A DNA stretch of 64,000 bases from Macrostomum lignano (GCA_002269645.1 NIVC01000028.1:1-64000); one strand, 5' to 3'. Positions 13,593-26,582 are shown, counted from the stretch's first letter. Notes: generated by a model not told the origin, from the letters alone. Translations and numbers: made by a program.

Positions 13593-14307
13593 CGATTTCA
13601 CGTTTTTAAATTCAAGATTAAGAATTAATAATGACTGGCATATGAAAATAAGACAAGTAACATTTTTTGCTTTTTTGTTTGCAAAAATCTTCGCGTAAAG
13701 CACATTTTTATAAATATTTCCATAGTGTAAACGTAAATGCGCTTGTTCACGGCTATTAAAAGTTTTGTACTTGTAATCTGTATATCAAAAGAGTTACAAA
13801 AACATTAAATATTGAATGTCAATTCGTTCCTCCGGTTTTAGGGCAGGTAATCATTATTATTGCAATAAACAAACAAGCCACAGGTAAAAAAAGTAAACAA
13901 TGATCTTATCTAATAAAAACTCTTGGAACACACCCAGTTCTTCATTTACCCGTAATGTTTGCATTGGCTTAAATTGATACTGATAAATTTGGGCTTCTTA
14001 AACAGCTTATTATATCACCAATAAAAAGCATGATTTGAGCAATCATGGTAACTTACCTGGTTTGCCACTTTGCAGTCCTGAATTTCTTTTTTCTGTCACC
14101 AGTTTCTTCAACGATCACCTTCGCAGTCAGTTTTCCTCCGGAAAGAATGACCCGTGTCACTAAGCATGCCGATCAATTCTGCAGGTTAAAAGCTACCTGC
14201 ATGCAGATATGAAAGTCGAAGAGTTGAAGTTTGCAGCTGTTAAACAAACTGCATAGTAACTGAATGCTACAAAGTAATACTACAAAGTACTGAGCTAACA
14301 TACGCTT

Positions 14308-15126
14308 GAGCTTGTGTGAGCTTGTGTGAGCTTGTGTGAGCTTTTGTGAGCTTGTGTGAGCTTGTGAGCTTGTGTGAGCTTGTGTGAGCTTTTGTGAGCT
14401 TGTGTAAGCTTGTGTGAGATTGTGTGAGCTTGCGTGAGCTTGTGTAAGCTTGTGTGAGCTTGTGTGAGCTTTTGTGAGCTTTTGTGAGCTTTTGTGAGCT
14501 TTTGTGAGCTTTTGTGAGCTTGTGTGAGCTTGTGAGCTTGTGTGAGCTTGTGTGAGCTTGTGTGAGCTTGTGTGAGCTTGTGTGAGCTTGTGTGAGCTTG
14601 TGTGAGCTTGTGTGAGCTTGTGTGAGCTTGTGTGAGCTTGTGTGAGCTTGTGTTAGCTTGTGTGAGCTTGTGTGAGCTTGTGTGAGCTTGTGTGATATTT
14701 TGTGAGCTTTTGTGAGCTTGTGTGAGCTTGTGTGAGCTTGTGTGAGCTTGTGTTAGCTTGTGTGAGCTTGTGTTAGCTTGTGTGAGCTTGTGTGAGCTTG
14801 TGTGAGCTTTTGTGAGCTTGTGTAAGCTTGTGTGAGATTGTGTGAGCTTGCGTGAGCTTGTGTGAGCTTGTGTGAGCTTTGTGAGCTTTGTGAGCTTTGT
14901 GAGTTTTTGTGAGCTTGTGTGAGCTTGTGTGAGCTTGTGTTAGCTTGTGTGAGCTTGTGTGAGCTTGTGTGAGCTTTGTGAGCTTTGTGAGCTTTGTGAG
15001 TTTTTGTGAGCTTGTGTGAGCTTGTGTGAGCTTGTGTGAGCTTTTGTGAGCTTGTGTGAGCTTGTGTGAGCTTTTGTGAGCTTGTGTGAGCTTGTGTGAG
15101 CTTGCGTGAGCTTGTGTGAGCTTGTG
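14308..15126. repeat. Tandem array of 10-bp unit (GAGCTTGTGT)n
   Basis: Directly visible; about 80 copies with TTTT and 8-bp deletion variants. Confidence 0.98.
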
Positions 15127-17527
15127 TTCATTCACGTGATATGATTCTTGCCGTTAATTTCTGATGTGTGCGCTTTAAAAGCTCACACAAACTCACACAA
15201 AAAGCTCACACAGGCCTCAAATTTCCCGGCGGTTACTTATTGTGACTAAATACAGATGCAGACTTTTGTCTATGGTCGAAATTGAGGAGACCGAAGATTT
15301 GGATTTCAACTTCAGCTAGCTCAGTAGCTACTTTTTGGTTTTTAAGCTGGCTTCTTGTTCTTCTTGACTGACTTAAATGCTGCAGGGACAGGCTTTGAGA
15401 CCATAGACAAATAAAATTCAGCTTTGTCCCTTGACATTTATCTTGCTTGAATTCGATGCAATGCATGAGAGGCGAGAGCCCACAACTGCGAAAGCTCTAA
15501 TGAGCGAAACCATTCAATATAGAGAGAAAAGCCATAAACTGAAAAAGACGAGAAATTTGAGAAATTATCGATATATCGTAATATGACATAATAGGACTTT
15601 AAATGCTTTAAAAACACCAATTTTAGATTATATAGTACATCAAAATATGTTTCTGCATCCTATCTACATCCTATCTATGGCAGATAATAGCTCGTACAAG
15701 ATTGTTCAATTCAGATGGTACAAGAATCTTCTTAATAACTATTCTTCTGCAGTTCAGCTGTGCTTTGCTACATACCCCTTTCCGAAAAAGTTTTAAAAGG
15801 TACTTTTAGATTCTGAATTTTCATATTTCAATCAAAATAGCCCCGCCACGTACCTAGATTAGCCTTCTTAGGTGCCTATCCTTTGTCGGATGATGAAAAT
15901 GACACTCTTCCAGCATTTGCGACTGGTTGGTTAATTGACGGATGACACTTTTGCTGCAGCCCTTTTAACTCAAAATACACATCAGAAATATGGCAAACAA
16001 ATAAAATTCTAAAGCTCAGTGACAGGGAAGAATAGAAAGAACTCGTACTTAAATAAGAGACCAACTTGTCTGTGGCCAACTCTTCAATCGTTAGAACTTT
16101 CTAAGCCAATAATTCCAAAGAAAATACACTGGCTGATTAGTCTGTTATGTCTATGGTTCCAGTTATTTAGCCCAAAAAGAATGCTGGATCGATGAGCGAC
16201 TGTGTTTACTGTACTGCAGACCAAACTCTAAAGCTGATTTTTATAAGTTAAACTAGCTAAGGGAAAGCTGTCTGCCAGCAGCATCCAGAATTTTATTGCT
16301 TACCCACTCGTCTGGTTACGCAATTCAAATCAAGTAGTTATCTGTCTGTCCAGTGGGGTGCACACAGCTACGAGTTATTTTCTTATCAGTTAATTGGCCC
16401 TGATGCAATCAATGAATAAAGCGGTGCACAGTGAGAGAAGGGGGCGAGGCAGGGCCAGGTAAATTAAACATTTGATAATTTATTAAGAGCGTCAGCAGCC
16501 AGCAGGTCGAACAAGTTCCAAGACACGATCCCCCCCCCAAAAAAAACTCAGGAGAGGGCAATCAGGGGATGCAGGGGATGTCCCATCTGCTTCTTTCACC
16601 CCACATTAGACGGAGCAGGGTGGCTGGCGCGGTCGGAGTTCGCCTGACAATCCGCAGCAGACGTCGATTTGCCCTGGCTGTTGAGCCGCGGAGATCATGG
16701 CGGTGGCTGCCTATGGCTGCGTGCTGAACACTACCAGTAGCATTTCATTGGTGTTCGCATCTTTACTGTTGCACAAGCATGTCCTGTACTTTCCTGATAG
16801 AAAACCTGAAGTTTACTAGACTAAAAATAGAATTAAGATCGCTTCACCCACTACCATTTTACGTTTGGCAATGTCGAATGTTGCAAAAAAGCTTCTCCTC
16901 TGCAGGGAAGGGGGAATCACTAAGCCCGCCCTAGTGTACAGATTCCATCTGTCAACAATAAACTCTGGTGACAAACATGCCGAGAGATGCAAATTTCATA
17001 TGTGACAATAGAACATTTCGAGCTTGAGAAGGGTTTCGAGCTTCTGAAACGATCTTAGCTAAAGTTAGTTATGCATTTATACTACTATATAATCAGTCCG
17101 TTTCGCTTTTTGTTGTCAAGCTGTCTTTTCTGAAGCAGCTGAAAAGACAAAGTTTGCCAAGTCAGTATGAATTTAATTATTTAGAAAACCAAATAGTTCT
17201 GTGAGTACACGGACAAGAAAAAATGATTGCATTTCAGTATATTGCTGCAAAAATGGCTCGTTAACACTGTAGCCAGGCTTTTTGTCTTCCGAGTGTTCGT
17301 TGTGAAATAAATAATTTAAAAATACACGGACGAAAAAGCACTGCCAAATACTTAAAATGGGTAATTTAAAGCGTCGAATTACTTAAACAAATTAGCGAAT
17401 GAGCAATGCGCAGTCGAACTGACAAGAATGTAAGTCGTGCTTGGCGTTGAGCCAAGAGCTGTTTGCAAAAACCAACTTTTATGTACGAAGACAAGTTAGT
17501 TGTGGTGTGTTTAGAAAGTTTTGTCAC

Positions 17528-18784
17528 TCATCGTGTATGCTTATTATCTGTTGAGTTGACAGGCTCTGCTGAGGCCTGGGCGTCAGCGGTAGGGCCAGCA
17601 GCAGTGGTTGCAGCTCCGGTTGGCTCAGCCAAGGTCAGGCTGATGGGCTGGTACCAGGCCATTAGTCGCACCTTCGCCTCCTGCTGCATTCGTCGCGGCA
17701 GTAGCGGCACTTCTACAATCTCGCGCGGCTGTTTGCGCTTGTTGTTCTCGAATTCTTTGAGTAGTCGAGCTCGCTGGGAAAGCCGGCCGTAGTGCTTTTT
17801 CATCGGGTCTTGAAGGCGGTGCCGCTCGTGCAACGGAATTCGGTTCTGAGGGTGCGGGAGGCAGGTGGTCGATCGTGTGACCTGACATGGATAAAGACTT
17901 GGTTTAAGGAAAAACAATAAATTGGGCGCTCATGTTCCTGATTTTTGTGCACAGCAACAAGAGCAACAAAATACATTGTCAGACAGTCAAGCACCGAATG
18001 GCGCGAGATTCAGACACGTTCATCCCTTGAGCTGCCTGTCATCTGTTTTATCTGAGTTGAAGGAATTAGGAAGCTAGTCAAGTGCTAGTTAATTAGTCCA
18101 GCGACCACAGAACAAACTTAGCTGTTGTACGGTCAGGTAAGATTAAGCAACTGAAAAGCGGACAAGAAAAAATACGAAAACATTTAGGAAGACAAGCCTA
18201 ACGAAAACAAGTAAACATTTGACAGGACCGGACAATAGAAGAAAGGAAGATGTGTTGCAAGTCAAGAAGACAAGTGCATGTAAGTGAAATAAACTAAGGC
18301 CGATCAATGCATTAAAACCCTACCGCATCGGGCCACAGCTGCACCAGAACAGTTTTCATTTTGCCCTCATAGTAGATGAACTGCTTCTTCAGAGCCAGCG
18401 AAGACATTCGTGCTTTCCTGGTCTCCTCGCTCTCCTCGTCATCATAGTCATCGTCGCTTCTGGATTGTCCAGCCAGCGTGCGGTGGCGAGGGCCGGGGCG
18501 AAGAGGACTAGGGTCGCGGTAGTGCGAGTTCCTCGCCTGACTGGCGTCCTCAAACGAGGAGGAGGTTGAATTCAATCCCGCCGCATCGCTGGCGGCTGCA
18601 GCAGCGGGGGAGGTCGTGCCTTCGGCGCAGAGATTGTTGGCGGTGAGCTCTGGCTGCTGCACGGGCGGCGGCTTTTGCTGGGCTGATTTCTGGTCTTTTT
18701 TGCGCCCCTGCCCTCGTAGAGAAGTTTCGCATCCACCAAAAATACATCTGCGTGTGGAGCAGATTCAGGTCAGTTATAGATAAT

Positions 18785-18868
<84 letters not shown>

Positions 18869-18869
18869 C

Positions 18870-18928
<59 letters not shown>

Positions 18929-18929
18929 C

Positions 18930-18988
<59 letters not shown>

Positions 18989-19045
18989 CACAGACAGACA
19001 GACAGACACACAGACAGACAGACAGACAGACAAACAGAGGGACAC

Positions 19046-19112
<67 letters not shown>

Positions 19113-19382
19113 CACAGACAGACAGACAGACAGACAGACAGACCTAGTCGTAGTGGGGCTGCCACCAGCTGCTCCAGCTTGTTGAACAAGGCGCTGACGT
19201 TGTTGCCTTCGGGCCATCAGCAGGCACGGTGCTGCTGTGCCGTGCGCTGTGGTCGCCGTGCCAGACTCCGACGAACTGCCAGGAGGGCTGGTTGGGCATT
19301 GGCGCTTGATAGCTGCCGTCTTTAGTATTGCTGGCCGGCATGACTTCTGCTGAGTGAAACTGCCGAGCTGCCCTCGAGTCAT
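17528..19382 (-). CDS. Hypothetical protein, 3 exons, 338 aa, no family recognised
   Basis: Exons 19382-19144, 18747-18324, 17881-17528. Junctions AG|GTCTGT...CAG|A and GCG|GTAGGG...CAG|GTC are GT-AG with matching phases (2, 0); total 1017 nt. Exons are GC-rich. The C-terminal part looks ordered ([32 protein letters not shown]...RARLLKEFE...EIVEVPLLP). Further 3' exons are possible. Confidence 0.7.
18788..19143. repeat. (ACAG)n/(CTGT)n microsatellite filling intron 1 of the hypothetical gene
   Basis: About 350 bp of tetranucleotide repeat; on the minus strand it starts exactly at the GT donor. Confidence 0.97.
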
Positions 19383-20084
19383 TTCGACAATTAGTTAATC
19401 AACTTTTCTTTTCCGACGGTTAAAGTAGACTGGTGTTGAAATAAAATAATTTAACAATATTAATTATGCGACTCTGAAGGCGTGGTTTGTAATTTGTCGC
19501 GATGCCTAAATATTAAACTGGCTCATAATAGTTTGTATATTCTCTCTGTAGTCACTTGAGTTCTTTCCATAGACTAATCAACTTTAGGCATGCGATGGCC
19601 GTATCAACTTAGTGACATTGTCAAACAACTAGCAATGAGGCACTCTGCCATTTCCACTGACTCCGAGCGCATTATAAAAGTGCGCGGATAATAAGGACAG
19701 GCACGTACACTGTACTTCAAACATGCTTGCACAGGTTGTGCTGCCGTCCTGACCTCCCAATAAATTGCAGTGCTTTGGGTGGAAATTGCATGACAAACCA
19801 CTAGACAAATTTCGCGCACAAGCCCCTACTGAATGTGGCCTGCGAACAGGGGTCGTGACGTGAGAGAGTCAGATGCATTTCTCATACGCCAGTTAGAAGA
19901 CCTTTGGTAGTAATCTTTAATGAAGCCTCTTGTACGAGTAGCTTGAATTTGGCCTTCTTTGCAATATACAGTTGGTTAATTATTTGCTGTTTTATTTTAT
20001 TTTCAATTTTGCTTCGAAAAAGCGAGTTGCTCGATGTATTTATTTACACGTTCATCTAATACATCATCAGGCGATGCACAAATG

Positions 20085-20762
20085 TCAGACCAGAGGTACA
20101 AATGTGACTCCCATCAGGGCTCGCCGGCTGAGGCTGCCATCCAGCGCTCTGTCCAGTCGGACAAGAGTCTGCCGGCCAGCAGCCGGACCCACAGGACAAA
20201 CCAGACGTCCACCAGGCACAAGCTGATCTGTCAGGTCGGGCGGCACCGACTGTTCGGCGGCGGCGCCCACGTGAATCGCGTCGAATGGTTGCTCGGTTGG
20301 AAAGCCGCGCCGGCCGTCACCAGTTGCCATGGTGATTGCGCCAGAATCCAGGAGTTCTTGAGTGGCCGAGCAGCCGCGCAGATTTGCGGTAGCCTTCGTG
20401 ACAAGAGCGTCAACATGGTCGATGCCGATGACTCTGCCTGTCGGACCGACTAGGTAAGCCATGCAAGCTGTAAGGTAGCCAGAGCCGCTACCAATGTCTA
20501 GCGCCTTCGCACCGGGGACCAGTTTTGGTGCCAGACAGCTCAGCGCTATGGCGTGCATGTGCGGCGCTGAAATGGTCGCCCCGTGGCCGATGCTTTGCGG
20601 TGAGTCAGCGTACGCGTAGAGTGCATCGCGGGGGAAGAAATTGCCTCGGTCAATTACCAGCATTGCCTCCTCGGCGCTCGAATGGCTGATTGCGCCTGAA
20701 CGGAGCAAATCTTTTACTAGGCGTTGCTGTCCAGTAAGGATCGGTTTTTTCTTTTCGGTCAT
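20085..20762 (-). CDS. PCMT1: Protein-L-isoaspartate(D-aspartate) O-methyltransferase, intronless, 225 aa
   Basis: Motifs: DSPQSIGHGATISAPHMHA, ALDIGSGSGYLTAC (SAM motif I), GRVIGID, GDGRRG, PFDAIHVGAAA, QLVPGGRLVCPVG, ALMGVTFVPL. Confidence 0.96.
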   Translation of the reverse strand: MTEKKKPILTGQQRLVKDLLRSGAISHSSAEEAMLVIDRGNFFPRDALYAYADSPQSIGHGATISAPHMHAIALSCLAPKLVPGAKALDIGSGSGYLTACMAYLVGPTGRVIGIDHVDALVTKATANLRGCSATQELLDSGAITMATGDGRRGFPTEQPFDAIHVGAAAEQSVPPDLTDQLVPGGRLVCPVGPAAGRQTLVRLDRALDGSLSRRALMGVTFVPLV

Positions 20763-22085
20763 TTTTAATCGATATTAATTGGCAAAAAACATAAGTTTAC
20801 GCTGAAGATTGAAATACGAGCTAATAAATCACATGTTTAAGACCGAGTCGTTTAGCAAAAGGCACGTGCATGAATAGAACCAACAACTTATGGCAATAAG
20901 AAGCCAGCAGAAAACTTGAATACTTCACTGCTTACTTCACAATAATGTCTGTAAGAAAGTGCATGCGCACAATGCATTGGGAAATGCGGTTACTTGAACA
21001 TGTGGTTTGAGCTATAGATGCATGCAGGCGCAATAAAAATAAATGCTCAGCCAAATTTAGAAAACTGCTATCCGTTTCGACTGGCTGGGTGAGTGACTTT
21101 AAAATATTTAAGTCGAACTTGTTTTGTGCTTTTGTCCAACGTATTAAACAAATTATATATGCGAATTTTAGAAGTTGAAAATAGTAGAACGCATTTTATG
21201 CAATAAGTAGAAAAAATTGATAGCCAGTATTCAAGAAAAGAGTATTAAGCCCTAAATTTTATTTCTTTGCTTTTGATAAAAGGATTAAAGTAAGCTGCTA
21301 AGCTGTTTTTGGCGTTTACAATTTGTTTTACGGGGTTTTTGAAAAGTTTGTACAATAAATTTTCCAAGAAACCAAAAACGAATATATCTTATCTATCGTG
21401 CTTTATCTGATCGACTCTTGTGGTTTGTAGGCTGTAAAGCCTGTAGGTGGTGTTGGCTATTTGGTATTTCAATGTGTGAAAACTACTTTATTTCTGAGAA
21501 TCATATTTATAAAAAACAAATTAAAGCCTAGTTACTTACTTATGATTAACAACATACAAAAGTTAATTAAATAAAAAATAAAATTTGTATTTTAAGAGTA
21601 AAACAGACATTTGTCATTGATTAAAAATCAACTAACATAATGTTACTTAGTTCTAAGAATTTGTTTTAGTAAGATTTGTGGTATATTTAAATCGGCATTG
21701 TATTAATTCATCGGTATTACTATTAGTCAAATTTAATTTAAAAAATTATTCAATGTAACTTAATGATTAATCTTTTGTAAATTTTAATTTTCTTTGCTAA
21801 AATTGTAATGATAAATGATTATATACTATACCATAAAAAGTCAGAGTTTAAAAGTGTGGCTAGAGCTGGGGATTTGAGGTAAAGTTTTTTTTGTTCAGAG
21901 TGCTGAGTTAAATAAATAGCTATTGCTATGCTAACTATAAGTAAGCTATTTTTTAGTTTTATCTGGCAAAACTAAACTGAAAATATAGATTTTTAAAATA
22001 AAAAATACAAGTTATTCAATTTTTAACTTTATTAACTTAAGTCAGCCTCTTACTTTTGCTTCCCTTTAACTCATATTTGATGTTA

Positions 22086-22595
22086 CCCATAGTCAGGAAG
22101 GTGGCCTCTGAGGGGGAAAATTCCTGCGCACACAAGGGGTTCTTGGCACACTTGGCGCATAATCATGGCGCACACTGAGGTCCCTAGCGCATGTGGCGCA
22201 TAATTGCGGCGCATAAGGTCCCTGACTTGCATGAAAATTGTAATGCAAATTAACAATTTTACATAAAATAAAGGAGATTTGTATAGTCTAGAAAGTCAGT
22301 GATAAACTTTTTGCTTCTTTAAAATTAACAGTAAATAAAATTAGTATAAATTATTGCTAAAAATGTCAATTTTGCATTACTCTATTTGTAGGTATAATTT
22401 AAGTTTGTTTAAAATGAAAATATGCGTAACATTTTAAAAGGCTTTTCGTACAAAGGCCTTTCTTAGAAAACTCTACTTGTGAAAAGTGGCGCACAGACGG
22501 CACACAGACAGTACACACATGGCGCATAGACGGTGTACAAATTGTTCCAAAAAAAATTATTCTGGCACACACTGTGCCACCTTCCTGACTATGGG
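22086..22595. mobile_element. MITE / non-autonomous DNA transposon, 510 bp, perfect 20-bp TIRs, 6-bp TSD
   Basis: CCCATAGTCAGGAAGGTGGC (22086-22105) and GCCACCTTCCTGACTATGGG (22576-22595) are exact reverse complements. ATGTTA flanks both sides (22080-22085, 22596-22601). Subterminal TGGCGCA motifs recur at both ends. Confidence 0.88.
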
Positions 22596-25500
22596 ATGTT
22601 ACAAGTTTAAAACTATAATTGCAAGACCTAAAATATACTTGGCAATAGTCAAAAGTTCCATCTTCTAAGCTATAGTTTAGATTGTATATAGAGATACTAA
22701 TACTAGGATCCTATTCCTAGTTTTGAAAAATACCAGTTTTGGGCCATTTTTTAAATATTACCAATACCAGTATTAGGGTCCAATATTGGTCTAATATAGG
22801 TCTTAAAACTCTGTATTTTTTTTTTAAATTTGTAGTTTTTTGTTTAAATTGCATTTTCCTAGAAATTAACAAATGATTTGGCTGTGGCTTTTTAGCTTTT
22901 TCATTTTTTAAATTCTGTATTAGTCAATAGGCCTACCAATACCAATTTATCTATACCTATAAAAATCAAAACTCTGTGTGTCTGTGGACAATTTTGATCG
23001 CTATGCTACTATAAAGAGTAAGCCTGGGGATACTCCTGGTGGCATAAGTGTCCAAGTGGCAGAACACTATCTAATCAATTCAATGGAGAGAGAGAAGAAG
23101 GGCTACATAGTAGATTGGAGTTGCCTGGGAAATGGGCATACTTATTGGGAATTTAAATAGCTAATAGGGAATTCTAAAAGTTAATAAAGTATGCTGGCAT
23201 AGAGAGTGGGATGTTTAATAGGGAGTGGGGGTAGGAGGAAGGCAGAATGCTTAATGAAGGAGGTTGGCAATAGGCCTGATGGGGTGTAAGAAGGCAGGAT
23301 GCCTGATTATGGGAGAGGGTTAAAATGGTCAAGAAGCTTAGTGGGATAAATAGGTAGAATTGAAACTATCAGTAGAAGATGCATGATTTTTGTGATCTAT
23401 TTAACAAACAATAAAGCTGTCCATGTATTAAGGTAAATATGATAAGGCAATGAATAAGGTAAGGCTAGTAAGAATGCTACTAAAATGATAATTACTATAT
23501 AAACAATTACTACTATTTCACAAATTGATTGGATTTAAAAGTCAGGACAATTCAAATAAATGATTTATATAATATAATACATTCAACAGATAGGCAATAA
23601 GAAAAAAATAGGAAAAATGCAATAAAATTTGAATTTTTGAAATTTGAGAGCCAATTAATATGAAAAAGCTATTGAATACCTGGCACAGTATTCAAAACTA
23701 GTAGTGGCAAAATTCCAGTATTGAATACCAGGACCTGGTATTGGGCAAGTCTAATATTTTAGCATCCCTAATTGTATATTAGTATATACTAGGTCTAGTG
23801 GGGGGAAGTATGGGATTATGTTTGTATACTAGGACTAAAATCTCATCAATCCCAGAATTTCTGGGACAAATCCTAGCAATCCCAGAAAGTTTTCAACTAT
23901 GTACATCTTTTCATTCTTGAACTTATTATTCATGCGAAGTAGGAAACTTAAAAAACTACAAACTTTTTCAATGTGCACAGAGAAAAGACAGATATAAATA
24001 TATAAAATAGGCCTAGCCTATATGCAACACTATTATTATGCATTCATGGAACAAAGGAATAAAAAAACAATTTTAAACTTTGTGCCCTACAAAACTTGTT
24101 TTTTTTCTTTATATTTAGCAGATAAAAGTATTTAAAGTACTTTTTTATATAAGGCACTTTATTTGATCCTATATGCCATAGATCTAAGCTGAAAATTTTC
24201 TACTGTGTCATGTATGCTGGGATATATGCTGATATGCTAAAAAATGGCAAGTACCTTTATCACAAATAATGCAACTTATGGCATATATGAAGCTTATTGC
24301 CATTTGCCAGAGGTAGCTTGGGTCTATTTAATGGTACAAAATAGAAGCTGCCACACTGAGCCAATGCTGTTAATCAACTAGAAAATAGCTACAACTGCAT
24401 ATTGTGCTAGCCTTCTCAGTCCTTAGACACAAGTCTTATTAAGCAAATTGGGACTTCCTAAAATATAGAATTCAAAAAGAAAATCTATTATAGAATGTTT
24501 TGGAGCTATATCATACCATTAAACATGCTTGGCAGTAGCTTCCATATGACTTTTTGTATTGCCTCATCATACGTGCGCAACAGTCGGCCAAGTCGGCCGA
24601 TCCGGCCAACCAATTTGGCGGCCAACCAAGGAAGTCGCAAAAATGCCCACCCAAAAAAACACCCAAGTAGTAGTACTAAGTAGCTGACAAGGAATTTTGG
24701 CTTAATAAGACAGTGCAAATACTCCTGCCATTTACCCAAAGTTGCATTAATTTTGCTTTAGGGTTTTTTATATGTAAGTCATATTTTTGGCCAAAAACTA
24801 TGTTGCATTTTTGTTGAAACTAAGTTGCATGGCCGACTGAATTTTGGAGGTTGCAAATGTATGTGCCTCATCTTGGGGATGCTTTATAGACTGATCCCAT
24901 ACACATTGTTAGGCATTGCAATTTTATTTGCATATTGTACAAAAAAATAAACTGTTATGATTATATAACTATTGTCTATTATTATTCAATCCACTTTCTC
25001 TTCTTTGCAATGGCTTAATTATATAACTTAAGTGAATGTTAAATTATGAAAAAGAAATTGTTTCTATAAGTGAGTAAATTTTCATCTTGCTTTTAAGGTA
25101 AAAATTTTGATTTGCTGAGTATATATTAGGATATATTCTGGAAGATGCTATGCATTTTGAACTTTTCTGGTATGTATTCTAAAACTTTAATCTGCACAAT
25201 TTGCAAGTAAAAAATGTTTAGTTGTTAGCATATACATTATTCTGATGAAGGTTTATAGATTTGCATTATTATTTTACTAAAATATTTCTACAATTTAATT
25301 ATTAGTTGGATGCAATGTTTTTTATAAATAAATATAGTAACCTATTGAAAATGTCGAAAATGAGGGTTAATCTTGAAAGTTAATTAAACAAAATTCATTC
25401 AGTCAGTCAGTCAGTCAGTGAGTCAGTCAGTCAGTCAGATAGACAGACAAGACCACTATTGCTTTAAAACAATCAGGGTATGATATTTGTCTATGGTATA

Positions 25501-26216
25501 AAGTATCAAGACAAAGCAGTGACTTGAAAAAGATATGCATGTTTGATCACAGACTTTCCAAACAATCCTCATATTACAAGCTATATTGACTAATATTATG
25601 ATTAAATAATTTAATGAAGGCAACCTTTAGAAGGCAAAGTGAGACAATATAATTGAGAGGGCAGTCAGAAAGCATAATAAATAACAAACAAAAGCAGATA
25701 GCAGCCAAGCCTAGCCAATTAGTGCACTGCACAGGATAGAGATATCCCTTCTGAGGGAGGAGGAAAAGAGAAAAGAGCCTAATTAGTCTACAGAAAAGCT
25801 AAAGCTAAGGTAGTTTAATTTTTAGTGCTATATTTAAAGAAAACAATATCAAATATAAGTCTAGATAAGTACTAGGTTTATAAGGTTTTGTTTAAAGTTA
25901 AGCCCATGTGTCTGCAATAGATTTGAGTTAAAAGTTGGAACCCAATTTTCTTGGTTTTAGAAAAAAATATCGAAATAAAAAATGTTATGTTGCATGATAA
26001 ACTTTATTTATTGTTTCTTAACAAGTCTCAGTATAAAAGTTTACTATATCACTAGATAGTTCAATTAAAAATTTTCGATTATATCTTGATCAGTTAAAGA
26101 GACATCAATGCTAATAATTTCAAATAGATATTTTTAAGCACCATTTTATCTGATTATAAAATTTTATTCCAAAGTCACAAGCTGCATAAATGTCATCATG
26201 TACTTGCAAATGTATG

Positions 26217-26582
26217 CCAGTCTAGTCTGAAGTGGTATGGTTACATAGGTCTTCTAGCCAGTCTAGTCTGAAGTGGTATGGTTACATAGGTCTTCTAGCC
26301 AGTCTAGTCTGAAGTGGTATGGTTACATAGGTCTTCTAGCCAGTCTAGTCTGAAGTGGTATGGTTACATAGGTCTTCTAGCCAGTCTAGTCTGAAGTGGT
26401 ATGGTTACACAGGTCTTCTAGCCAGTCTAGTCTGAAGTGGTATGGTTACACAGGTCTTCTAGCCAGTCTAGTCTGAAGTGGTATGGTTACACAGGTCTTC
26501 TAGCCACTCTAGTCTGAAGTGGTATGGTTACACAGGTCTTCTAGCCAGTCTATTCTGAGGTGGTATGGTTACATAGGTCTTC
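26217..26582. repeat. Minisatellite, 41-bp unit (TCTAGTCTGAAGTGGTATGGTTACATAGGTCTTCTAGCCAG), ~9 copies
   Basis: Near-identical head-to-tail units with no spacers. Confidence 0.97.

Noticed and set aside
22700-23770. Second TIR element or RT relic in the AT-rich spacer (including ORF 22978-23160)
   Set aside because: The terminal matches are short and imperfect, there is no TSD, and no convincing RT motif was found.
24495-24739. Short overlapping ORFs in AT-rich DNA
   Set aside because: No motifs, splice support or coding-like composition.
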